DNA of 63,858 nucleotides, the filler included, from Choristocarpus tenellus KU-1152 (Eukaryota; Protista; Phaeophyceae), in NCBI GenBank assembly GCA_964200185.2. It is 15 parts of 15 records of this genome, joined end to end, with 100 filler letters (N's around TTAATTAATTAA, not from the genome) between each part and the next. Parts side by side here need not be neighbours in the genome. Positions count along the whole stretch, not along the records: positions 1 to 3,012 come from CAXNAD020022944.1; positions 3,113 to 9,837 come from CAXNAD020007480.1; positions 9,938 to 14,889 come from CAXNAD020012408.1; 12 more parts are not named here. The stretch is one strand, 5' to 3'. Position 1 is the stretch's first letter; every line of letters starts with the position of its first letter. This document shows, piece by piece, positions 1 through 11,654 of this stretch. A program made the translations under genes and the position numbers. Under the pieces are notes generated by a model. The model made no database searches. It was not told where the DNA came from and saw nothing but the letters and a program-made list of their open reading frames with translations.

Positions 1-969
1 CAAGGGGCTGAATGATAGCACGAGCACCATAAACAGGTGGTTGGATGATATGGGGGCCATGCCGAATCACCGCTGGATCAAACCCAAGCTTAAATCGTGC
101 AAAAGGTATGGAGAATGGACTTTTGTTGCGATCAAGTGGACCGGAAATGTCGTGTACGCCTCCATGGCGAACATGATCCATAAACCTGGTTTTACATGAT
201 GGTTGATGGGGAAAGGGTTGGGGTATTTCCGCATGAGGATGATAGCAACCTTCCAGGGTCCCCGACTGTGCAGCACAAGAGTCATCTCCCCAAAACCGTG
301 ATCATTGCAGTCAATGCCCGCTCAGATTCGGCTCACAGCTTTGATGGAAAGCTTGGTATTTGGCGTGTGTGTGCACCAAAAACGGCAGACAGGACAAGCA
401 AGAACCATAAAAAGGGGGGTGTTTATGAGCAGGACTGTACTTTAGACCATTTGTGGTACAGGAAGTGTACAAGGAGGAGTTACTGTCTGCAAACAAGACC
501 AAGATGCCTTGGTTGCAGGCGAAGCACGTTGTCGTTCAGCAAGATGGTGCCACCCCCCAGACGGGCAAGGGCAACTTAGAAATCTTGTCAGGGGTAGGGA
601 AGACTGAGGGGTGGTCGATTAGGCTTGTGACGCACCCATCTAATTCCCCCAACCTCAATATCATGGACCTGTGCTTCTTCAGGGTTTTGAAATGCCAGGT
701 GATTGGGGAGCAGTTTGGTTCCGTTGAGGAGATAGTGAAGGTCATTCAGAAACAGTATGAGGAATATGATGAAACCACACTTGAGAGGGCTTAGCACCTC
801 CTTTTTGTGGTGTACAATCAAGTACTTAGATACAAAGGGGGGAATGACTTCAGTGTGGATCACACAGGGGTAAGGAAGAGGCACTTGTCTGGTGAGCTTG
901 AAAACATGCCGAAGGTAGACATGGAGGCTTTTTCTGTGGCTGATAAATTTGTGATGGGTGAGGAGTAAT
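1..969 (+). pseudogene. Tc1/mariner (plant/oomycete mariner-like) transposase, frameshifted, 5' truncated
   Basis: Stitched frames give VQHKSHLPK..ARSD..FDGKLGIW..QQDGATP..GWSIRLVTHPSNSPNLNIMDLCFF. These are motifs of DD39D-type mariner transposases. Frameshift near 470 and a stop at 792-794. Confidence 0.9.
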
Positions 970-1309
970 AATACTAAAAAGAGCTGACCCTAACCAGAAA
1001 TTCGTCAAGAATTCCAAATCTTCTTTCAGAAATGAATTTCATCATCTTCAAAGGTTATGAACAACGCAGATCAGACTTATGGCATGGAGGTAGTATATAT
1101 CCATAGTCCAAACGAAATTCATCTACAACCTTGTCAACATTGCCTGTCTGAATGGTCCCTAGTGCTTTCGGATACGTATTGCCTTCATTTGTATCTTATT
1201 CTGCGCACTCCCCCATGAGAGTGGAATTAAAGAACACAGATTGCTTCAACTCCCGCACACTACATTCATTCTATCGACACAGTGTCTATGAAGTCTTCTA
1301 CCTGCTTCT

Positions 1310-1590
1310 ACAGATGTACCAACACAGTGTTGTGCGATTGTGTCCCATGGTGATCCCTCGCTTGGTGTATAGGCAAAACTTTGAACCAGCTCCCCTCTGC
1401 TGTTTCTCTTGGTGGGCGTAGCACTCACTCCCCCAGACCCGAAGCCTCTCACAATTGAATGTTTTGCCCGTCAGACGCTCACAGGGTGTTTCATGCTTCC
1501 ATTGAATAGGAGTAGATTTCCTGTGACACTCCGTCTTGATACAGGATCGTTGGGTTAGTCTGAGTCCCCATAACCTATGAACCCTTTGTG
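1310..1590 (-). mobile_element. Copia remnant (RNase H start joined to integrase C-terminal/SH3 segment)
   Basis: Minus strand reads GYGDSD*PNDPVSRRSVTGNL, then TPCERLTGKTFNCERLRVWGSECYAH..SKF..RGITMGH. Confidence 0.7.
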
Positions 1591-1630
1591 GTCTCTCTCT
1601 CCTTCAGTGGGATACATCGGTGGAGCCTGT

Positions 1631-1670
1631 GGCTCAAAGTATCTGGGGGGGATGGCATCTGTCCATTCGG
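1631..1670. mobile_element. MITE family B, terminal fragment
   Basis: GGCTCAAAGTATCTGGGGGGG...GTCCATTCGGG matches the end of family B. Confidence 0.7.
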
Positions 1671-2077
1671 GTGTTGGAAGTGCAGATTACCACATATGTT
1701 GATGATCTGTTGATGCCATTGTCATTCGCAATTGAAAAGGCAGGGCGGTGTTGGAAGCTCTGAACAAGGAATTCCCTGTGAAAGATTTGGGGGATGTAAA
1801 GTTATGTATGGGATGCCATATTTCACGAGACCACAAGATGAGGACACTGAAGATTGATCAGCAAGTCTACGTGTAAGGGTTGGTGGAACAGTTCAAGATC
1901 ATCAAAGAATATGATATGTCTGGAACTAAAACCAGGAGTCTGTCTGAGAAGGATTCGTGTGTGAGACTGGACCCATCTACTTGGACCCATCTACTCCATG
2001 CAGAGAAGCAGTGGGGGGTCATTAATCTGGTAAGTGACCATGACCCGGCCTGATATTGCCAACGCGGTAATAACTGT

Positions 2078-2417
2078 GGTCAAAAGTATCTGGGGGAGGT
2101 GGTGGGGCCTGCCCATTCGGTGCCCATTTTTCCATGTCGCGATTGACCCAAAGTATCTGGGGGGGGGTAGGGGGTCTACACCAGGGTGTCCATTTGACCA
2201 AAACCAGGAAAAGTGTACTTACATTATCCACCCAACGTATGCAACCAAATCACCCAAAAATTGCGACATGGAAAAAACGGGCCCCAAATGGACACCCGCC
2301 ACCCCACACAGATACTTTGAGCCGATTTTGGGGTGTTTTGGTTGCATGCGTCGGATGGATAATATAAGTTCACTTCTTCTGGTCAGGCCCCGAATGGACA
2401 CCCTGATACTTTGAGCC
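2078..2417 (-). mobile_element. MITE family B (outer copy, split by an inner copy)
   Basis: Ends are GGTCAAAAGTATCTGG and GATACTTTGAGCC. The halves 2078-2144 and 2324-2417 join into the reverse complement of family B. Confidence 0.8.
2145..2323 (+). mobile_element. MITE family B (inner copy, ~180 bp) with 4-bp TSD GATT
   Basis: GACCCAAAGTATCTGG...CAGATACTTTGAGCC, flanked by GATT at 2141-2144 and 2324-2327. Confidence 0.9.
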
Positions 2418-3012
2418 AGATTTAGTGGTAACCCCAGGGCAGAGGCATTCGGAAGCTGTTAAACAGATTTTTGGGGATGTGAGTTACACAAGGGGGGACT
2501 GGCATCACATAGGGTGGAAAGCTGGAAAAGCGACTGGACGCGTTTGCTGATGCAGACTATGCATCTGATCTGGATCAATCGAGGTCTGTATCCGGGGGAT
2601 TGATTACCATGGGAGGTATAGCACTATCATGGTTTTCTAGGATGTAGAATGTGGTGGCTTTGTCTACGACTGAGGCTGAGTATGTGGCTTTAAGTGACAC
2701 AGCTAAGGAAATTCTCTTCCTGAGACAGGTATTGAAGTCTGTTTACCTGGAGAGGCCTGCTTGCTGTACCTTGATATATGAGGATAATGAGGGTGCAGTG
2801 AAGCTGTCTAGAACCCAATCAATGGATTTAGGACGAAGCATATTGATGTTCGTCACCATTTCCTTAGACAGTTAGTTAGGGACAAGATCATAGAAATTGT
2901 GCATGTGGGATCTGAGGAGCATCATGCAGATTTTCTCACTCTCTCAATCGCGGTAATGTTACTGGCGCCCCTCAATGCTCACCTTTCAGGATGTACAACT
3001 CAAATCCAACGA

Positions 3013-3112
3013 NNNNNNNNNNNNNNNNNNNNNNNNNNNNNNNNNNNNNNNNNNNNTTAATTAATTAANNNNNNNNNNNNNNNNNNNNNNNNNNNNNNNN
3101 NNNNNNNNNNNN
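3013..3112. other. Artificial contig linker N44-TTAATTAATTAA-N44 (first of 14)
   Basis: Identical 100-bp spacers with six-frame stops also start at 9838, 14890, 18342, 21703, 25464, 35412, 39608, 42643, 45554, 48154, 53865, 57396 and 61151. Confidence 0.98.
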
Positions 3113-3937
3113 GTACCACAGTATCACGGTATATGGCATACGGCAATAACGGTATAATAACAGGCAAACATGCTTTCCACACTTCGACGATTGATTTCCC
3201 AGCTTGCCACGATTAATTAGTCGATTCCACGATTGATTTCCTGGTTTTGTACCACATAAATTCTGTTCCGCTTTTTTCGGGCATGCCCATGGGTGAACAA
3301 AATCGGGTAACCTACTGTACCTACATTAACAACGTAATAGGGACAAGAACCCACACCTCATAACGCTTGAACAAAATAACAGAGAAAAGGAAGAATGACA
3401 GATAAAAAAAATATTACAAAAAGAAAAAATCTTGAGCCGAACAATACTCCAAACCACATACATACACTACATGTCGATAAGACAACAACAAAAAGAAAAC
3501 AATGCAAAATCTCCCATCTCAATTTTCCACAAATGACTCATCCAAAAAAGTTAAAAAAAAAATTGAAACTCTTTCCAATCCATAGTAAATGTAGATGTTC
3601 ATTGTTTGGGTAGAGATATGTTTTTTTTTCTTTGACACCACACCAAAGACACCCCAGAACAGTCAGTAGTAACATATGAGTGGTACACACTCTCGACATG
3701 TTCGAACGGTGTGATCTGACTATCAACACTATTTCTGTATGTGTCTATCCACTCAGCGCACAGCGCAACAACTACTCACTCACACCAGAGCAGGTACGTG
3801 TTCTTTGGTCTGATTGCATTCCCAACTTATCCCTCTCGTCCCCCGTCCCGACTCCTCCCCACAATACCACTTCCATTCTCTCCAAGGCACGATAACACAA
3901 ACCGACGCAGTTCAGCACCAAAGCACCCGAGAGCAAG

Positions 3938-4432
3938 ATGGCCCCCTTCCTTCGTACAGTGTTCTGCGTCCTCTTCCTGGCAGCAGGCGCCGCCGCCTTC
4001 GTCGCTCCCACGTCGGGTTCACAATGGATGAATGCCAGGGCCGTGGCGTCCAGGCCTCTTCGCATGGAGTATGTCCCCGATGGCATCTCAACGGAAGAAT
4101 ACGAGCAGATCAAGAAGAAAGAGACAACCGTGAAGAGCAACCTTGGACGCATTGGCATCACCAAATTCCAGAGTAGATCGGATCCTTGGGGAAAAGGTGC
4201 GAGGCCCCGCTAGTTGGCCACACCTTCATCGAAGACGACGCCAAGGGAGGCCTTGCCTTATATGCAGAGGGGGGGCGGGAGCTGGGACAACTCCGACCTG
4301 GGTGCGAAGCTGAAGGGTATGTGGGTCTCGTGGACGGAAGCCGATAAGGAGTACAAGAACGGGGGCGAGGAGAGGGCACGAAGCAGATCCATTTGGGGTA
4401 CTCCGCTGGAGGAGGACATGCCCTGGGCGTAA
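3938..4432 (+). CDS. Plastid-targeted conserved algal protein of unknown function with an in-frame TAG at 4211-4213 (possible pseudogene)
   Basis: Signal peptide followed by AAA|FVAP (ASAFAP-like). Motifs YVPDGIS.EEY..IK, KFQSRS and LPYMQRGGGSWDNSDL are as I recall them from stramenopile hypothetical proteins. ORFs 3938-4213 and 4214-4432 are in the same frame. Probable 5'UTR intron at ~3794-3886 (GTACGT...CCAAG). Confidence 0.7.
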
Positions 4433-7400
4433 ATGTTCAGTCTCACTGTCACAGTTTTGGTTAGTGTGTGTGTGTGCTGCGTATTAATGGCATCCTGGTT
4501 CGCCGGATCAGATGCTTTGTTTGTGGTCTGCATTCCGTGCAACAACATTTAGCGTCTTGGCCTGTCGCCCATGTAATACGGAGCAGACCATGTTGGTGGT
4601 GGTGAGTAAGACTTAGTTGTGCGGAAGGGTACGTCCTTTTCCCTAGCGTGTATGATGAGTGAATATTTTCGAAGGGAGTTGAGCAGCACGGCCAGGAAGG
4701 AAAGGGTTTGTGCTACAGTGCAGCATGACTCGTGGCTATGTTACACGACAGTCCTGGGTATTGTTGTGTGGAAAGTGAGCCGATGATGAAATGTCAGTGC
4801 GCCAGCTTCTTTGGCAAGTTATGTTCTCTGCGAACGAGGATGGATCTGCTCGTGCAATTATTTCAAAGTACGTTTTATTGTTTTCGTCGAGGAGTGATGT
4901 GTATGTAGTCTTTTAATAGTTGCATCTGTACCGTGATAGGCAAATATTATCGGGTGAGGTGATCAATGGAGTGTGAAGGAATTAACAAAGATGGCTGTGG
5001 TCCCTGGCCCGTGCCCCCTGCCCCATAGTGCTTTGGTAGTGATATGTAGTGTGTACATAAAATGAATAATATTTTATTGATGGTCACAAAAAATGTCCTG
5101 TCCTGGTGTCGTGTTCTTTGCTGTTGAGAAACACACTTTTTTGTTCTCCATCCTGTGGAGTCATCATGGCGACATATCCCACTCCAATGATTCTACCTGC
5201 CTCCAGACACCTGATCGCTTCAACAAGAAATCTGAGGAGGTGAACATCAATGAAGTAGTAAGTACATAATGCAATGTGGGTATAGTCAACAACCCACTTG
5301 ATACACCTTCTGTGTGGACCATGCAGATAATTGAGCAGTCTACCATAGCATAGGGTAAGCACTGTTCTGTATGAAATATCGTCATCTGCCCATGAACCCA
5401 AAATGCGGGCGCGACTTTGTTTCCTTTGCGCCTACCGGAGCGGAGTAGCTAGAACCTGCAAACTACGTTGTTGCCATGCATCAACAATAGAATACAGAAC
5501 ATGAAACAATTTGCTTGTGATGCCCCCCCCCGACAAAACTCTAGAATTGCCAATATATTGTACTTTGTTTGCTTGTGGTTATGTTTATCTTTACTGTTGT
5601 TTTCTGTGTGAGGTGATTTTATTTGTTGTGGAGGGGACGTACTCGTGATCTCTTGGTACGTATTTTTTTGGGGGCATTTCTTTCTATAGGGGATCATTCT
5701 TGTTTTCTTCACGTTTCTTTTTGTGTTCTTTTTTATTTCTTGGGTTTTATTTTTTACTTTTTAATGTTTTTGGTTTGGGCTGTTTTGAAGATGGGTGTAA
5801 TATGATTCATTCAGGTCAACGTATTTTTGTGGTGTTGGGAATGGATGACTGTCTACTTCAATGTAGGAATGAAGTGCTTTTGAATGTCGTAGCAGGGATG
5901 CATATTTTGATGGGTTACATTGTTTGGAGATTATTCATTGAAGTGTACAGTTGTGGAGGTGACATGTTTTTGAAGGTCTCTGAAGTATTTACTTGCATAT
6001 TTATTGCATTACTCATACATACTCCGACTTGAATTTTTGTGGACACTTGTTCAACACATACATGTCCTCTCTTAGATGCAAGAGACTTTTATACATTACT
6101 ACGTAATATGCAGTGGTACTACAAAGAGAGGGCCCACAGGTGCTAATAATTTGAAGGTGCGTACAAATCACTCAACATGGTGTGGAGTTGAGGGGAAAAA
6201 AGAGGGTGGATGACTGGACTCTCGTTGGCTTGGCACACAGCTTTAGACATGCCATAAGTTCAGATGCATTAAAAAAAAGGGAAGTGGATTTCACTTTGAA
6301 GTAACAGATTGAGTTACATCAACTGAGAGGTAGGCATGGTTAGATAATAAGGATCTCAAGAAGAGGCAAAAGGTTGTCATTTTGTACAAGTGCAGAAATA
6401 ACCTTCACCGAATTTAGGGGTCACTTCATGTATGGAAAGGAGAGTATCAGTTCTGTGTAAACTGTTGTGGACGTAAACAGTGAAATAGAGTGTTTTGCCC
6501 AAGGTAAAAAAGATAGCTTGGAATGCAAAATGATCCGAACCTGCCTACATGTCAATTGATTTGTCTCACTAATCATCACTCTTCACCAAACTCTTCTATG
6601 GGCATTGATTTACGGGTGGGAATGTTGTTGTCTTATCCTAGGAGTCCACATGCCTACCTTGGTGGCAACGTTTCCTTATTCTGCTCATTCTCGTTCTGAT
6701 TCCTGTTGATTTTCTCTCGGTATACCCCTTTCCTTTCTTTTCAATTTAATTGAAGTAATGCATACAATGCCTGTACAATACTCAGTGCATTCACTCTTTG
6801 TGCCATACGAAAGATAGGTTGCTTGTGTACTTACTCCTTTGAAGAAGATTATTTACCTACCACACAATTTACTTTTGAGTTTTCATACAAGCCCCTAAAC
6901 CTTATCCGACCACAAACTGAATAGAGTTTTCGACCATGGTCAATGCACAAAACATTCCGAAGTGTTCAGAGTTCGAAAGCAATCATAGGTATGTAGATCG
7001 ATCGACTGTGTCTGAACTTTGGAACGAACAAGTTGTTGATACTTGTTTTGTTCCCGTAGAGGATATGTCATGCTTAGCCCAGGAAGTAATGTATTGTGAA
7101 ACCTTGTGATCATACCACTACTGTTGCACAGGATATTGATAAACTTCACACATGATTTCTTACTCTTATCTACCTACACTGTACTCTAAATCAAGGCATC
7201 ATTCAGACAATTCATTATTCATCTAAAAAAGTGGGGAGTGTATCCCAGATTCTCCTGGTCCAAACCATACGAAATTCAAAACCTACAGCTCCAGGCCCTG
7301 TGTAATATTTCTAGTTAACATGGTGTTGAGGTGTAGCATGTAACAGAGCATACACATCCATTGTTGTGCATCCAGTCACATAAACAAGGGTTGATTTTTT

Positions 7401-7906
7401 TTAATGTTGGGAGATAATCACTCTCAAGATGCCGAAAACCTAATAAATAATGCAGTATCAAGGCAGAAATAACCCTGCCCTCAAATCTAATGCTCACAAA
7501 ATACACCGACAGTATTCAGCATCAGACAAAAATATGGGAGTGTCTTCCCTACAATGCAAATCTATAGACACATGCCAAAAATTTTGATAGGGCAAGTCAG
7601 AATGCCTGTGCGCATGACTGGTGCTAGAGGAATGGGCCCATGCTGAATCCTATGTACTACGTAGTACTTCACAGTCCTACAAAATAAAATACGATGTGAA
7701 TACAGTCCTTAAGGCTCAACAAATTTGTAGATAGCAGAGAGCAGGGTCCAGTGGCTTACTTCACTTGTGACTCTTTCATGTCCTATTTCTTTCACTAAAG
7801 AAAATGTACTTGCACCCAACCCCAGCTCAATTTGTTACCTTCTTTTGCTTGCGGTATACTAGCCCTCAGTGCTCCCTCACGAACTTGACTACCTGTGCCT
7901 CTCCTC

Positions 7907-8416
7907 TCAGTCTCCCTCCTCACTTGTGTCCTCCTCATCTGATGACGATTCACCCAAACCAACCACATATTCATCATGGTAGATATGGGTATGGAACTCC
8001 CCATTTTCACCCATGATATCAATGCCCTCCACCCCTGCTTTCAGAACCTCCACTAGGTCATGGTTATATGGATGCCCCACCTTAAGTCCTCCTACCCCTT
8101 CAAGGCCCTCCCTAACAGAAGTCACACGAATAGAAAACCCAACCATGGAAAAGAGCCTTCCAAGCAGGTCATTATATGGTACCCCAAACAGTGGAAATCG
8201 ACATGGGTATATCTTGCTGAATGTGTCCTCTCGCCACCCTCGAATATCCTCTAAATGGAGATCACCAAAGTAGAGTGCCTCTATCCTTAGAGGACGGAGG
8301 GCATCTAACACTGTTGTCACATATGGCCCCATTGGTGTTGTTGCCTCCCCCCCCTTAAGGGGGACGACCAGGAGGTCCAGGCCCTCATGTTTTGCCTGCA
8401 GCATCACATCAGTGAT
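7907..8416 (-). CDS. Terminal exon of a diphthamide-synthase-like (Diphthami_syn_2/DUF71, PP-loop ATPase) protein
   Basis: QAKHEGLDLLVVPL..LYFGDLHLEDIRGWRE..FPLF..GIDIMGENGEFHT. A (CT)n tract and an AG acceptor lie upstream. Upstream exons were not identified. Confidence 0.8.
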   Translation of the reverse strand: MTDVMLQAKHEGLDLLVVPLKGGEATTPMGPYVTTVLDALRPLRIEALYFGDLHLEDIRGWREDTFSKIYPCRFPLFGVPYNDLLGRLFSMVGFSIRVTSVREGLEGVGGLKVGHPYNHDLVEVLKAGVEGIDIMGENGEFHTHIYHDEYVVGLGESSSDEEDTSEEGD

Positions 8417-8435
8417 CTTTGTGGATTGTTTAGAG

Positions 8436-8470
<35 letters not shown>

Positions 8471-9821
8471 AGAAAAAATATATATTATTTCATTCCTCCA
8501 GAGACTTCGAGATATTTGCACAGTTCTTCAATAGAGTTTTCAAATGCACAAAGTACAAGTAGCAAACGCACATATATAACAACAAAAATACACGTAAAAT
8601 ATTGAGAAGCCATAGTCCCCAAGGCACAGACAGTTGTGCATCTGTTTGCTCCAGTGGTATCTACATGCTTCATAAAATCAGAGGTGGTGGGATTGAATCA
8701 TGACTCGACCACTTTCCTCACTCCCTACATCAGGATAAAGATATAGTGAGCTCCTCAATATAGGATTTCAGGAACAAGCTCAAGGCGAAATATGAAGACT
8801 GGGATGATTGCTGGGCCAGAGTGCATTACTAGTGAGATGATGGATGACCCAAGGATTATGCTGAGTAGTTATTTCCCCAGCCTCTGATTTCGTCAAGCAT
8901 TGAGATAGCACTGTCCCACTGGGGAAGGTAGGCATGTGGCTGTCTGCCCCAGTTCAACGGTGGTATCTCAAAATATGACAGAAGAGATGATCAAGAGATC
9001 ACAAATCTCGAGTTGTTCAAGTTCTTGAAATAAATTCATCTTTTGGCTTCAAGATCATTGCCCGGAAAAAGTTGAAATACTGCGCCTCTCTTCATGTCAA
9101 GTACAGCGACACTAAGATGGCCTAATGATATAGTTTGAAAAGAAAAGTAATCGGTTTCTACCAAGTCATACAATTTATTGCACTACTTGCAAGTGTGCCA
9201 TCTGAGTATGAGAGTGTGTCAGAGGAGGGTCCATGAAGTACAGGGTGGAAATAGACGTATATATGTTGTGGTAATTTGAGACCAGTAATTCTACTTTCGA
9301 GAATACTCTGAAGGCCAGCTTATACCCCTGCATCCGGACAGGGTGATACATGAATCAGTCGCAAGGTGAGAAAGAGAGATAAAACCAAGGAAGCATCGCT
9401 TCCCTTGGTTTATGTGAGAATACGTGGTAATTTGAAGGAACATACAATGTCCCAGGCACGTGCATCCAGCACTTCGAAAACACCAAGCTTGGGATAGTAA
9501 AAAACTCTCTGTGGACTGTAGGCTAGATTCTTGTATACTATTGATCTGTATGTGCATGTCTGTTACATAGACATTACTCATAATTCCTCCTCAGCGAGGA
9601 CCATTTAGACACTTTGTTGTGTATGTTTTAGCCGTACGCGCATTCGTTCGATTCAACTCTTATCGTGTTCTGGAACCCACACCGCAAACCAGCTGAGATC
9701 CATTCATGCTCATCGCACATCTCCATAGTCCGGTGAAGAGAGGTCCATGTGGAGAAGAAGTTGATCCACTATGTAAAGGAGGAGGGCTAATACTAACCAG
9801 GGGCTATTCTATATTTCTGAC

Positions 9822-9837
9822 GGGTGAAAGTATCTGG
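9822..9837. mobile_element. MITE family B end at contig break
   Basis: GGGTGAAAGTATCTGG followed by the gap. Confidence 0.55.
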
Positions 9838-10180
9838 NNNNNNNNNNNNNNNNNNNNNNNNNNNNNNNNNNNNNNNNNNNNTTAATTAATTAANNNNNNN
9901 NNNNNNNNNNNNNNNNNNNNNNNNNNNNNNNNNNNNNCAATCTCGCCGGGTTTATCACCTTTACCCTCTTTGATGATTTTGGGGATACTTTAACAAAATA
10001 TTCTTATTAATGTTCAATCGTTGATCTTTTACTCATTAGCAGATTCCAGTTCTAAATTTTGCATGTGATTACCGTAAGGTATGTTCAGTATTTTCAAACC
10101 TTCTGAAGTGCCACCATGTTCAGATAAACTTGCTCACAAGATACTGAGGTTTCTTTGACACAGTTGTTTTGGTCGGTGCA

Positions 10181-10440
10181 GAGTGAAAATCATCTTAGAG
10201 GGTAGAGCCGCGCCCATTTGGGGGACGAAATCCAATGTTGCAATTTTAATGTAATTTTGGCTATCATGTTTGTTGGGGGATGTCAATATCCTTGTTCCGT
10301 ACGCACCTTTTCATAATGTATGCATTTTACCTACTCCGAAACATTTTGGGGTAGGTAAAATGTAATTAACAACCCGTCGGAAGCCAAGCCCCAAATGGAC
10401 AAACAGGGAAAAACTCGTACCTTCTAAGATACTTTCACTC
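10181..10440 (-). mobile_element. MITE family A (~260 bp)
   Basis: TIRs GAGTGAAAATCATCTTAGAGGGTA / CTTCTAAGATACTTTCACTC, with the shared family-A internal sequence. Confidence 0.9.
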
Positions 10441-11621
10441 GCATCGATACTCTCTCTCAGGTGGCAGCTGTCATTGTTGTGGTGGCTTGCAAGGCTGCCG
10501 GTGGGGTAGAGATATGAGTGGTTTTCTAATCAAATTGAAGGAGGAACTTAGTGCTGAGATCGTGGACAATGTACTGGATCATGCAGCTCTTCAAGGAGTG
10601 ATGAACGGTGAGGGGGACCTGGAACCTGGTGTTAAAGATCGTGTTGGGAGATCATACGAGGATCTGAAGGAGTTCATGACCTAGCAGGAAGTCAAGCTGG
10701 AGGAGAGGCGTCACGAGGAGAGGCATATTTTGACTTCAGGAATGTCATGACACAGCTGGAGGATGGTGTGGGTTGGGAATGATAATGTAGACAACTGGAA
10801 GGCTCAGGTTTCTGCAGGGCATGAGGAGCTTTGTCTCCAGGTGTCATAAGAGGTTTAATGTTGTGTTCGTGCATTCCTCTATTGGTAGATTGGCATTGAT
10901 TTAGGAAGTTGTGCAGATTATTCTCAGAGTTTCATGTTTCCACAATTGGATAGTCTCGATACATGCAGTTTGTATGTGTTGATTTGATTAATGTAGCAAA
11001 GCTAGTTTCCCCCAGCAAAATTGTACCTTTTACTGTTCTGCTTTCCTCTGTGTTTCTTCTGACAACGGGTTGGAGAATATCGAATCACTATTATATTAGT
11101 AGGATGTGTTGATTCCTGGACAGCACTTTTGAAGTCTCTTCCTGATCAACAATGTTTTTGTGTGGCTTAGAGCACACGATGGTAGATGCAAATTGTTAAT
11201 AGTAAATATATGCATTGATTGCTTGAGGCTGTTTAATTTTAACGTCTTTTAGAATGTATCGTTTTTGTTATCGATGATGGTTTTACGGAATATTTCGGTT
11301 GATCGGAAAATTATGTAATATCTTTCAGTACAATGTCGTTTGCTGTTAGTTTTTGTCATCATCTTTCAGGCAGGACTTCAAATAATTCAATGTACATTGA
11401 TGCAATTCCTTGTGTCGAGGCATTATGTGGGGCATTTGAACCTGTCCCTTGACTAATTCATGCAATTTTCTTTGACGCTTGTTTCATGACGGAGAAAAAG
11501 TTGCTGGTGTCATGAGTGCTCATAACTATAATCCACCAAAGAATAACTACAACATGATCTAGAAACTAATTGGAACGTGATTTGTTTTGTAAGATTCTCA
11601 TTCTTTAAACGAGTTCCTTAG

Positions 11622-11654
11622 CCCTGAGTGGGATGATATCTCCCTGGAGGCCAA
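11622..11654 (+). CDS. Calcium-dependent protein kinase (CDPK) exon, kinase subdomain X
   Basis: TAG|..PEWDDISLEA(K)|GTGAGT. Phase matches the next exon. Confidence 0.75.

Larger units (their letters stand above)
1671..2940 (+). mobile_element. Copia RT/RNase H pseudogene interrupted by nested MITEs
   Basis: TYVDDLL, KDLGDV..MGCHI, TRPDIANAV, DADYASD..RSVSG, ALSTTEAEYVAL, IYEDNEGA, RTKHIDVRHHF and HADFLT, with stops and frameshifts. Confidence 0.92.

Noticed and set aside
3013-3112. Recurrent TTAATTAATTAA palindrome within N runs as a biological motif
   Set aside because: It is an identical 100-bp six-frame-stop linker used to concatenate contigs. It also means gene neighbourhoods across gaps are not real.
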